A stretch of 64,000 nucleotides of DNA from Nitrososphaerota archaeon (GTDB lineage Archaea > Thermoproteota > EX4484-205 > JAAOZP01): positions 96,001 through 160,000 of the forward strand of contig JAAOZP010000017.1 of NCBI GenBank assembly GCA_011605725.1. Reading direction: 5' to 3'. Shown here one piece after another: positions 39,886 through 49,339 of this stretch. Under the pieces are notes generated by a model. The model was not told the origin of the DNA, searched no databases, and was given only the letters and a program-made list of their open reading frames with translations. The position numbers were made by a program, and so were the translations under genes. Position 1 is the first letter of the stretch; each line of letters starts with the position of its first letter.

Positions 39886-42800
39886 ATATGTAGCTTGCTT
39901 TCTCAGCCGCTGAGAAGGATCCCCACATTATCAGCTGTTTCCTCAACTCGTTTACAAACCTGTAGTTCGAAGTTACCCATGTGCTCTGCGGCCCGGTAAG
40001 CCTCTCCAGGTGAAGCACGACATCATATCTTTTCACCTCCTCGTTCAGCCTTGCAGCAATATCAACCCTTTGAGAAACACCTACTTCAAACGGTGAGAGG
40101 CTGACTGTCAAGCTTAACGATAGATCCTCGTAGTTCGGGGGCTGCAGCTCCTTAACCATGTGAACACCCTCTTTAACAGCTCCCGCACCAGAGAAATACT
40201 CGTGTAAATATGCTAGAAGCCCTCTTCCCTCCTCGATTGTCGAAACGCTGATGAGCAGAGGAATATCCCACTCGTTACCCTTAGGCTTAGTTTTAAACTT
40301 CCATCTCCTCTCAAGCGAGGGCGTGGCTACTTTCGAAGCCATGTAAGACGGGTATGCGGCTGCCGCTAGGGCTGACGCCATCGTTACCAAGGTTCCCAAT
40401 ATTGCGAATGCTGAGGCGAAGTTGAAAACGTGTTCAGAGGGTAGTATTCCGAGAAGCATGAATACCCTTGTCATGAAGTATCCAGCAATATACCCTACTA
40501 AAGCGCTTACTACCGCATAGACCAGAACCTCCGTCATGAAGAAAACGGTTACACCCATCGGGGATAGGCCGACGATGCTGAATATATGGACTTCCCTAAC
40601 ACGCTCCCTCAGACTGCCAAGTACTGTTGTAAATATGTTGAGCGCTCCAAGGATAACTATCATCCATATTATTTCCCACCCTCCCAGCAGCACTGTGGTG
40701 AAGGTTGAAAGCAGATACGGCTTTCCCTCATGGGAAACGTATATTGACAAGTCTAGGGAGTAGGCCAGCTCCTTAGCCAGGCTGAATACCTCTTCGAAAG
40801 ACATTTTCTCCTTCGGCACTAAGGCTATTGAAGCAATGTACCCCCCGATCATCAATGCCCTCTTGTACGGTATTATCATTGTTGTTGAAACACCGAGGTT
40901 TGGAGGAGAAGACCCGGCTTGAGCAGAGACAGCCATGTCCCTGCTTATTGTCGGGAAGAAACTCGGGTTAGCCGGGAAAATATTGTAGCCATCCGCCTCC
41001 TGTAGGAAATCAACCTCGTTTGAATCAATTATCCCGGTCACCGTGAACCTGATGCCTGAAACGTAAATAGTATCCCCTATTGTTACGCTCAAGTTAGTCG
41101 CCAGAGACCTGGATATCACCGCCTGATCAGCATCGTCGGAAAGCAGCCCACCCCTCACGATGCAGGTGCCCCTTACAATCCGGTTGAACTCCTCCACGGT
41201 CATCCCCATTATCGCAGGAATTCTCGAAGTGTTGGTTGCACTCCACACTCTGAAGGAGGTGGTCCATGCAGCCCTATCCACTGGACCGTAGATCCATACT
41301 CTCGGGAAAACATAGTATTTGTCTGCAGCGAATATTTTCGCAATATCTAGAATCTTGTCTGAAAGAATGTTCGGGGGAACACCTCTCCCCTGCTTTATTA
41401 GGATCTCATCCCTATAGGAGTTACACTCGTACCCATATCTGGTGACTGGCACAGTTACCCTCCCAGGCATCAGCGAGGTGAAGGAAGTCATGGCTATAAC
41501 CATAGTGATCAACGTTATGAAAACCAGTATTGCGCGGAAAGGCCTGCGACGCATATGTTCACTCCCTAGGGAGAAAGATATCATCGCCGTGTCAAGCCTG
41601 CTTACTTCAGCCCTGTGGACGCCGAGGACACGCTTCTCAATGCCTTTCCTAACCTCCTCGCTTATCGAAAGTATTATTATGAACACGATTAGGATGACGA
41701 TCAGTATTAGCGAGCCCATCATGCCCAGCGATATATTGCTCATTAGCCCGAATGCTGGATGCAGAATGCCGAATAAAGCTAGGAATATTGCTGAGAGAAC
41801 AGCGATTGCAACAATACGCCTTGAGCCGTGAGCCTTGATGACGAGCTTCTCAAGGAAGAAGGCGCCGAATATGACGAGGATAAACATGTAGAGGAGAGAC
41901 TTCGCCGAATCGTTTATCAAGGGCATGACTTCAACGGAGTAAGCTCTAACTGCGTATGCTCTTGCTAGAAGAGCGTAAGCATACATGCCGCTGTATTCCT
42001 TCCTAGCTAAACGCTTCTCAACCTCCTCTATGTATTTCCTAGCCTTGTTCAGCGTTTCATCCGCGCTTGGGCTCCCCATGTTTCTCTTAACCAGCTCAAG
42101 ATACCGGCCGTATGAAACGTAGTAAAGGTCTTTAGCAGTACTGAAAGTGGAGAAGCGGATCCTTTCCTTCTCCCCATAATTCACGTAGAAACCGCTTCCC
42201 TCCGTGTTTTCAAGCGAAGAATTCGTTAAAAGTATCCCAGTCGGGCTGGCGACTACGAACCTTATTCCAGGCTGAACCCAAACTATTGAAACAGGCTCCC
42301 AACCGTTAGAATAATACCCGTAGCTTATGGGCGGGCTTTTAGTAAGCATCTCAAACGAGGACACCATAACCGGTTGAGGCGGGCTCCTCCACATTTCGAA
42401 CGCGCCGGCCCTAGGGTCAATTATGCTGGGCGTCATTATGACGGTTGGGATTTCGAAATCCAACACCTCCATGGAAACAGCTTTAGCAATAACTACAGTA
42501 ACATTCTCGTAAGCGTGTAGGACAGTTATCTCAAGCGGGAAGTTCATCATGCCGAACTGTCCCAAGTCAGTAGCCATCGTGATAACGCCCTCCTCGTTGA
42601 AAACCCACCCTCTAGCGATCCATCTTGAGAATATTACTGCAGTCCCTCCTCCCCCGGCTGCGCCAGAAATAGGCACTCCATGGACGGTGAAAGACCCGTC
42701 CTCACCGCTTTTCATAACTATCCTGTTAAGCTTGTAGGTTGAAGTAACCAGTCTCACTTCAACCAGGGCACCGGGAACCCCGTCGTACCATCCTTTACTA

Positions 42801-44422
42801 TAGTTATAGATAACAACCCGGCCTTGAAGAGCAGCATACCCGGGGTATGCCCTCGTGTTGGAAAGCAGAAACCTTGTTGGCTTGATCGAGGCCCTATCTA
42901 TATTCCACTCCATCCGTAGAAGCCTGTCAACAATATGGAGGGCAAGTTGGAAGTATGGGTCTAAAACTTCTACATTAGCATAGCTCGAATCGTCAATGGG
43001 GGAGCCCACGTAAATCCTGTTTGAACGCCTGGTTGTTATGGAGAAAGCCGGTATACCTGCGATCGAAGCAGGCTCAGAATCCAGCATGAACGGTATCGGC
43101 TCAGTCCCTGAAAAAACGTTGTATTGGAAGAAGATGCTTACAAGCGAGGAGATGAATGTGCTTGACGAGGCTGAAACGTTAATGTTCGGCATTCTCCTCG
43201 CGAAGCCTCTGACTTCAGGCGTGTCAACTATACTCCCTATGGTTGTGCTAAACCATGAGAGCCTCAGCGGGAAGCCGCCGCTGTGTATGGCTGTCCCCCC
43301 GTAGGTTGAGTACTGGCTTGCGTGAAGAAGCTGAAGGCCGTCGGAGTCGCTCGCCATAAGGTCGAAATTTATGTTTCCGAGAATCGTTATCTTCCCACTG
43401 CTCACATCCCCTCTGAAAAAGTAGTCCTCGACAAACTCTCTCGAGCCGCTTAGCGCCTGCCAGTGTCCGGAGTAAAGCGTTACCCATACTGAATACCTAG
43501 GCGGGTTGGCCTTGAGGTGACGGGCATACTCGAGTAATAAAGCCAATGGTAACAGCTCAGTCTTGCTCGCCGACAAGCCTGGGACAACAGACCACGAGTC
43601 GAAATGTGCAGACAGTATGACGACCTCGTTAGGCGAAGCCGTGCCATTTATAAACCCAACTATGTTTTCAGCCTCAACCTCCCTCCAAGCCATTCGGGAA
43701 ACGATCCTAACCCGGGTGGCGGTTTTCAAAACATCCCAATCCTGCTTCTTAACGTAGACCCTCGTGAAACCCATGGGAGTATCTAGGAATTTAGCGTAGC
43801 ACTCCTGATAGGTTGTTTGCTCCGGCTCTATGAATATTACGGCCTCGGCTCCCAGGTTAACTGCTTTAAGCCAGTTATCCCGAGAATTAAACTCCATAGC
43901 AACTATGCTACCCTCCACATTCTTCCCATCTAACTCCTGCAAGTCGCCTCCCCCAGCGTAAATCAGGCTTCCAACTATCCCGCCGGACGGGGTTGGGCAA
44001 GGGTTAACACCGTTAGGATAAAGCGCGTAAGCGTTAAACCTGGCTTTAAAAGGCTCTAAAGCCTCGACATAGGTCTCCTCATCATAGGGCACCAGTACCT
44101 TATACTTGTGTTTCTGGGTCACTATCCCCACATCATTCTTAAGATAAGAGTAAAGGTATTCCAGCGTCTTGTAGTAGCCCGGGTAACCAGTCATCCTAGA
44201 ACCATAGGAAGACACTTCTGCCACAAACCTGTTCATCCAAGCCGTGTCTATCGGAAACAGTTCTTCGTCAGCTGAAACAGGACTTTTGAAAGCAGAATTC
44301 AAATCAGGCTTTAAAGATGTGTAGTATTGCTGCCCATAGATTGGTGGAACCTGTGTGACAGATATTAAGAGGATGGATAGGGAGAGAAGCAGTATCGACA
44401 TGATCTTAATCCTGCCAGCCAT
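39869..44422 (-). CDS. Large fusion: signal peptide, PA-domain/M28-like ectodomain (degenerate active site), Ig-like domain and MacB/FtsX-like permease modules
   Basis: GSRMTGYPG, PA domain (LIYAGGG..LDGKNVEGSIV..GAEAVIFI), SAHFDSW; RRPFRAILV; LRERVREVHIFSIVGLSP...FMTE. Confidence 0.85.
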   Translation of the reverse strand: MAGRIKIMSILLLSLSILLISVTQVPPIYGQQYYTSLKPDLNSAFKSPVSADEELFPIDTAWMNRFVAEVSSYGSRMTGYPGYYKTLEYLYSYLKNDVGIVTQKHKYKVLVPYDEETYVEALEPFKARFNAYALYPNGVNPCPTPSGGIVGSLIYAGGGDLQELDGKNVEGSIVAMEFNSRDNWLKAVNLGAEAVIFIEPEQTTYQECYAKFLDTPMGFTRVYVKKQDWDVLKTATRVRIVSRMAWREVEAENIVGFINGTASPNEVVILSAHFDSWSVVPGLSASKTELLPLALLLEYARHLKANPPRYSVWVTLYSGHWQALSGSREFVEDYFFRGDVSSGKITILGNINFDLMASDSDGLQLLHASQYSTYGGTAIHSGGFPLRLSWFSTTIGSIVDTPEVRGFARRMPNINVSASSSTFISSLVSIFFQYNVFSGTEPIPFMLDSEPASIAGIPAFSITTRRSNRIYVGSPIDDSSYANVEVLDPYFQLALHIVDRLLRMEWNIDRASIKPTRFLLSNTRAYPGYAALQGRVVIYNYSKGWYDGVPGALVEVRLVTSTYKLNRIVMKSGEDGSFTVHGVPISGAAGGGGTAVIFSRWIARGWVFNEEGVITMATDLGQFGMMNFPLEITVLHAYENVTVVIAKAVSMEVLDFEIPTVIMTPSIIDPRAGAFEMWRSPPQPVMVSSFEMLTKSPPISYGYYSNGWEPVSIVWVQPGIRFVVASPTGILLTNSSLENTEGSGFYVNYGEKERIRFSTFSTAKDLYYVSYGRYLELVKRNMGSPSADETLNKARKYIEEVEKRLARKEYSGMYAYALLARAYAVRAYSVEVMPLINDSAKSLLYMFILVIFGAFFLEKLVIKAHGSRRIVAIAVLSAIFLALFGILHPAFGLMSNISLGMMGSLILIVILIVFIIILSISEEVRKGIEKRVLGVHRAEVSRLDTAMISFSLGSEHMRRRPFRAILVFITLITMVIAMTSFTSLMPGRVTVPVTRYGYECNSYRDEILIKQGRGVPPNILSDKILDIAKIFAADKYYVFPRVWIYGPVDRAAWTTSFRVWSATNTSRIPAIMGMTVEEFNRIVRGTCIVRGGLLSDDADQAVISRSLATNLSVTIGDTIYVSGIRFTVTGIIDSNEVDFLQEADGYNIFPANPSFFPTISRDMAVSAQAGSSPPNLGVSTTMIIPYKRALMIGGYIASIALVPKEKMSFEEVFSLAKELAYSLDLSIYVSHEGKPYLLSTFTTVLLGGWEIIWMIVILGALNIFTTVLGSLRERVREVHIFSIVGLSPMGVTVFFMTEVLVYAVVSALVGYIAGYFMTRVFMLLGILPSEHVFNFASAFAILGTLVTMASALAAAAYPSYMASKVATPSLERRWKFKTKPKGNEWDIPLLISVSTIEEGRGLLAYLHEYFSGAGAVKEGVHMVKELQPPNYEDLSLSLTVSLSPFEVGVSQRVDIAARLNEEVKRYDVVLHLERLTGPQSTWVTSNYRFVNELRKQLIMWGSFSAAEKASYISMAKA

Positions 44423-44484
44423 GTCTTTTGTAAAAATGGAAGTAGACCGGCTTATAAGTTTTTAGCAAATTAAAAATTTTTATA

Positions 44485-46434
44485 TTGGAGCATCACGGTG
44501 GAAATCGAGGTGAAGGGCCCCTGACGGAAGCCTCGCAGGAATTTTCACCGGGATTGACTTGGAGAAGCATCCTAGCAATGATAATGGCTGCACTAATCTT
44601 CCTGCCCTCCTCAATATACTTATGGTTTGCAGTAGGATCCGGAGTGAGCACAGCCGCAACCTATGTGACAGCAATACTTTTCACAGCCTTAACACAGATT
44701 TACGGCAGGAGGCTTTCAAGACAGGAGCTTTTCATAATATATTCTATCGTAGGAGGAATAGGCGGAGCCATGCCCATGTACTACTGGCTTGTCTACAGGT
44801 CTTACTACGTTACTAATCCTTTAAGCCTAGAGTTCAAGCTTTTCAACACCCCATTAAGGGAATATGTTCCCACATGGATGTCTCCCCCAGCAACTTCAGT
44901 CGTCCACCAGCTGAGAACCCTGTTGCATCCAGACTGGTTTTTCGCCCTAGGCGTAAACCTTGCCTTCTCAATCCTGGGCCTGGCAGCAGAACTATCCATA
45001 GGCATACTGTTCTCCTACCTGTACGTGGTGGAGGAGCCTCTGCAATTCCCGTTCGCACAGATCGACACAGCCATGGTGAACACTCTGCACGACAGGAGGC
45101 CTCAGGACCTGCTTTACTTCATCCTGTCTCTAACGATTGGAGCAATATACGGCTTAATACTTTACCTGGCGCCTATGCTCATCGGCCCCCAGGCGCGTTT
45201 AATCCCATACCCCTGGGTTGACTTAACACCCTACACGCAGTTCTTCCTGCCTGGGGCTGTAATAGGCATAGCAACAGACCCGTTGAGCTTCCTCTACGGC
45301 ATGATCCTGCCTCCCTCGCTGACTTTCGCTATGCTCGTGGGGTCAGTAATCACATGGATCTTCGGAAACACTCTTACTCTAACAACCTTCAAAAGCTTCT
45401 CTCCCCAGTGGGTTGAGGAGTATTCACCAGGGATGGGAATATTCCTGATACTTCAGAGAGCAGGCTTAAGACTCTGGCTCTCCCTGTTCATGGGTCTATC
45501 CTTCGGCCTAGCGATCTATCTTTTAGCCGCGACAAGCAAGAAGATCCTTGCAGCTTTCAAAACACTTCCGAAAATAAGCAGGCTGAAGGGTGGGCCAGGA
45601 TATCCTTCACCAAGGATACTGCTCGCCACATTCTTCTGCTCCACCGTTTTAAGCGCACTGCTCTACAATATTCTCCTCCCGGATGTTCCATTGTGGCTCC
45701 CCATAATTGTTTCAGTAGGGTTCAGCTTCGTCCTAGCGTCTGTCGGCGCCAGGATTTATGGTGAACTCGGGCTGACCTTCTCCGCCGACTTCATATACAA
45801 CATGTGGAAAGCAGCCATATACTTCAGTCCCTACAATGGCTATGCTGGATGGATTTTCACACCCGCCATAGCGGGCTTCTCCACACCATACTTTGCAAAC
45901 TCCACAAAGGTGGCGTATGCGACTGGGACAAGACCCATGGACTATTTTAAGGCAGTCATAATATCATTCATACTGGTAACAACGTTCGGCCTTATATTTA
46001 CAGACTTCTTCTGGAGAATAGCTCCAATACCCTCCTACTTATTCCCATACGTGTACGGTATTTGGCCGAACTATGCCATCAGCGACTCGCTGTTTGCAAC
46101 CCGGCAGATACTCATAAAGCCGGACCAGATACTGATGGGAATGGGCATATCCATCGGCGTCAGTCTTGTTTCAATCCCGTTAAACAGGCTGGGAATACCG
46201 TTTAACCCGGTTGGGCTAGTCGGCGGAATGTACAGCACGCCACCCTACACGGTTATGCTGTTCCTAATGTCGCTTGTAAGCAAGTATTTAATGACGCGTA
46301 TACTCGGTCCGGAAAAATGGTTGTCAATAAGAGGCATTGTGCTAGCAGGATTTGCAGCAGGCATAGGTATTGTAGTAGCAATGGGAACCACGATCACTCT
46401 GGTTTCAAGAGCCTCATGGATATGGCCCTGGTAG
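44485..46434 (+). CDS. OPT-superfamily-like polytopic membrane transporter
   Basis: GLTWRS, RLSRQEL, YVVEEPLQFPFA; many TM helices; divergent from the M28-FtsX gene across 62 bp. Confidence 0.75.
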   Translation: MEHHGGNRGEGPLTEASQEFSPGLTWRSILAMIMAALIFLPSSIYLWFAVGSGVSTAATYVTAILFTALTQIYGRRLSRQELFIIYSIVGGIGGAMPMYYWLVYRSYYVTNPLSLEFKLFNTPLREYVPTWMSPPATSVVHQLRTLLHPDWFFALGVNLAFSILGLAAELSIGILFSYLYVVEEPLQFPFAQIDTAMVNTLHDRRPQDLLYFILSLTIGAIYGLILYLAPMLIGPQARLIPYPWVDLTPYTQFFLPGAVIGIATDPLSFLYGMILPPSLTFAMLVGSVITWIFGNTLTLTTFKSFSPQWVEEYSPGMGIFLILQRAGLRLWLSLFMGLSFGLAIYLLAATSKKILAAFKTLPKISRLKGGPGYPSPRILLATFFCSTVLSALLYNILLPDVPLWLPIIVSVGFSFVLASVGARIYGELGLTFSADFIYNMWKAAIYFSPYNGYAGWIFTPAIAGFSTPYFANSTKVAYATGTRPMDYFKAVIISFILVTTFGLIFTDFFWRIAPIPSYLFPYVYGIWPNYAISDSLFATRQILIKPDQILMGMGISIGVSLVSIPLNRLGIPFNPVGLVGGMYSTPPYTVMLFLMSLVSKYLMTRILGPEKWLSIRGIVLAGFAAGIGIVVAMGTTITLVSRASWIWPW

Positions 46435-46534
46435 AAAACAGTGTCTGAAAACTGGTTTCCCCCTAGGCTGTGTTTTCGAACATTCAGGCCTGAAACCTGC
46501 TCCCAGTTTTAAGACTTATATCTTCTTGACAAAG

Positions 46535-46548
46535 CCTGTTTAAACAGG
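46535..46548. promoter_or_regulatory. Perfect 14-bp palindrome abutting the start codon of the GH5-like gene
   Basis: CCTGTTTAAACAGG immediately before ATG 46549, downstream of TATA-like TTATAT. Confidence 0.4.
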
Positions 46549-49266
46549 ATGAAGAAAACATTTTTAATCCTGCTGACAATAGGCCTGATTGCTTCTCTAA
46601 TCTTACTCCAAAACCTATTTAAACCCGTGAAGCTTGAGGAACGAGTGTTTCCCTTCTATCTCCCCTGGGATGACAGTGAGCAGACTGTGATAAGTATGAG
46701 CAGTAGTCTCCCTAAGCCGGCTGGTAGCCTTGGACACGTTTACGTTGGGGAGGACGGACACCTATATGTTAACGGTGGAAGAGTGAGGTTTCTAGGAGTC
46801 AACATCTGCGGAGGAGCATGTTTCCCTGAGAAGGATGAGGCTGAGAGGATAGCCAGAAGGCTTGCTAAATTCGGGGTCAACGTGGTGCGTTTCCACCATA
46901 TGGATGCAAACTGGGAGGTTTTTAACATATTTGACAAGACCACTGGGGGTACACGTCGCCTAAACAAGGATGCGCTCGACAGGCTTGACTACTTTATTTC
47001 AAAGCTTAAGGAGAACGGCATATATGTTGACCTGAACCTGCTCGTGTCGAGAAGGTTTACTTCTGCAGACGGCTTACCTGGAGAAGTGGAGACGGTAGAC
47101 TGGAAGGACCAGCAGGTCCTCGGGTTTTTCCTCAAAGAGTTTGAAGAGCTTGAGAAAGAGTATGCTAGGCAACTCTTAACCCATTTAAACACCTATACTG
47201 GAATGACTTACGCTGAGGACCCTGCAGTGGCCTTCGTTGAAATAGTGAACGAGCAGGGGCTTATTCATTCTTGGCTTGGCGGCGTTATCGACAGGCTTCC
47301 AAACTTTTTTAAAAACAGGCTTCAGGAGAAGTGGAACGCCTATTTGAGTTCGAAATACTTGTCTGACGAGGAGTTTAGAAAGGCGTGGAGGGTTGAAGCA
47401 GACCCGGGAGCTCAGGCCGAGGTTCTGAGAAACGGCTGCTTCGAAAATGGTTTGGAGGGATGGGTAGTTGAGGTTCATAACGGTGCGCAAGCATCCGGAA
47501 GAGTAGTTGAGGAAAACGGGGGAAGGATTCTGGAGATAAAGGTTACGAGACCCGGTTCAGAAAGCTGGCATGTGCAGTTCAACCAGCCTGGTTTAAGAAT
47601 CAGGGAGGGTGAAAACTATCTTGTCAGGTTTAGGGCTAAGGCTGATAAAACGGTTAGCGTAAGCGTGAGCCTAGTTCAGGCGCACGAGCCATGGAGGCTA
47701 GTTTCGCAAAGGGTTGAAGTATCGCTGACAACAGAGTGGAAGGAGTACGAGGTGGCTCTAGTTGCGTCAGAGTCAGAGGATAATGCTAGGCTAGACGTTT
47801 CAGGGCTCGGCGGGAACATAGCAACCTACCTTTTCTCCTGCTTCTCCATGAGGCTTTTCAGCGGGTACGGGCCGATGGAGGATGAGAGTGTTGAAAAGGC
47901 GAACGTTAGGATACTGACGCTTGCCGAATACGGCTTAAGGACGAGTGCAGCCAGGAGAGACTGGGCTGAATTCCTGTACATCACGGAGGAAGAGTTTTTC
48001 ACGGAGATGTGCAGATTCGTTAAAGATGAGCTCGGTGTGAAAGCCCTGGTGATAGGTACTGTAGTTGGGTGCAGCACGCCGAACATAATGTCTAAGCTCG
48101 ACATTGTAGACACGCATGCCTACTGGAATCATCCCTCCTTCCCAGGAACTCCCTGGGACCCTAGCAACTGGTACGTGGTTAACGAGCCGATGGTTAACAA
48201 CCCTCAGCGAAGCACTATAGTAAGCCTGGCTGTTAAGAGGGTTGTGAACAAGCCTCACTTCGTCACCGAATACAATCATCCTGCTCCGAACATGTATGAT
48301 TCTGAAACAGTCGTAACGCTAGCAGCGTATGCTGCACTGCAAGACTGGGATGGAATCTTCCTTTTCGACTACGGAAGCCGTGGCGACTGGGACTCTCGAA
48401 GGATAAGAGGGTTTTTCGATATTGACCAGCATCCCGTTAAAATGGCGAGCATGATAGCTGCGCACATGATATTCTTGAGAGGCGATGTTAGGCCTGCTGA
48501 ACAGCTTGTTTCCGTAAGGCTCGGTAGACAGGACGAAATAAACCTGATAGCGGCGGGAAAGGTTTACGCTTGGGCGCTGCCGGACGGTGGCCATATGGGT
48601 TTAAACCCATTGGTCTCCCTCACGCATAGAATAGCCGTCAGCCTCGAGGAGGAAGATTCTCGCGAGACTGGTTCCAGTGTTTCCGGGCCTGTCTACCGCT
48701 CTGACACCGAGGAGATCACTTGGGACACGTCTGAGTCTGGAAGAGGCATCATCACAATAAATACTTCGAGAAGCATAGCTGCCGTAGGCTTCACCGGGGG
48801 CAGGAGCCTAGACTTCGGAGAACTCGTTATCGAACCGGGTGAAACGCTTCTAGAAGGCTGGAGCCTCATAACAGTCTCAGTGCTGGAGGGAGAAAGCTTC
48901 GATTCCTGGAGGAGGCTGCTGGTGATAGCTGCCGGCTACGTTACTAACACTGGGATGAGGCTCCGCACGTATGAGGGGAACACAGCCTTATTAACTTGGA
49001 GACTAAACGGTTTAGCCGGTGTGAAAACAGCTGTGGAGCCCATAACCTGCGGCACTAACTGGGGTTCGGCCCCAACGCTAGTGGAGGGGGCTAGGGCAAC
49101 GCTGAAGATTAGAACGGACGGAGAAATAGAAGTATGGGCATTAGATAGCGTGGGAAAAAGAATAAAACGGGTTCAGGTTTCTAGTGAGGGACAGTATAAA
49201 GTTTTTTCAATCGGCCCCGATTTCCAAACCATCTGGTATGAGATAGCTCAATCCGAAACCGGTTAA
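46549..49266 (+). CDS. Secreted/anchored clan GH-A (GH5-like) glycoside hydrolase with an inserted CBM4/9-like module
   Basis: Signal anchor; RFLGVN, VRFHHMD, EIVNE (acid/base), VTEYN (nucleophile); LRNGCFENGLEGW...WHVQFNQ CBM. Confidence 0.82.
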   Translation: MKKTFLILLTIGLIASLILLQNLFKPVKLEERVFPFYLPWDDSEQTVISMSSSLPKPAGSLGHVYVGEDGHLYVNGGRVRFLGVNICGGACFPEKDEAERIARRLAKFGVNVVRFHHMDANWEVFNIFDKTTGGTRRLNKDALDRLDYFISKLKENGIYVDLNLLVSRRFTSADGLPGEVETVDWKDQQVLGFFLKEFEELEKEYARQLLTHLNTYTGMTYAEDPAVAFVEIVNEQGLIHSWLGGVIDRLPNFFKNRLQEKWNAYLSSKYLSDEEFRKAWRVEADPGAQAEVLRNGCFENGLEGWVVEVHNGAQASGRVVEENGGRILEIKVTRPGSESWHVQFNQPGLRIREGENYLVRFRAKADKTVSVSVSLVQAHEPWRLVSQRVEVSLTTEWKEYEVALVASESEDNARLDVSGLGGNIATYLFSCFSMRLFSGYGPMEDESVEKANVRILTLAEYGLRTSAARRDWAEFLYITEEEFFTEMCRFVKDELGVKALVIGTVVGCSTPNIMSKLDIVDTHAYWNHPSFPGTPWDPSNWYVVNEPMVNNPQRSTIVSLAVKRVVNKPHFVTEYNHPAPNMYDSETVVTLAAYAALQDWDGIFLFDYGSRGDWDSRRIRGFFDIDQHPVKMASMIAAHMIFLRGDVRPAEQLVSVRLGRQDEINLIAAGKVYAWALPDGGHMGLNPLVSLTHRIAVSLEEEDSRETGSSVSGPVYRSDTEEITWDTSESGRGIITINTSRSIAAVGFTGGRSLDFGELVIEPGETLLEGWSLITVSVLEGESFDSWRRLLVIAAGYVTNTGMRLRTYEGNTALLTWRLNGLAGVKTAVEPITCGTNWGSAPTLVEGARATLKIRTDGEIEVWALDSVGKRIKRVQVSSEGQYKVFSIGPDFQTIWYEIAQSETG

Positions 49267-49339
49267 CGATACTTTAAACGAAGAGGTTGAGGGCAGTGGA
49301 GTGATAAGTTCTTATGCTACTTGCCAGACAAATAGTTTT

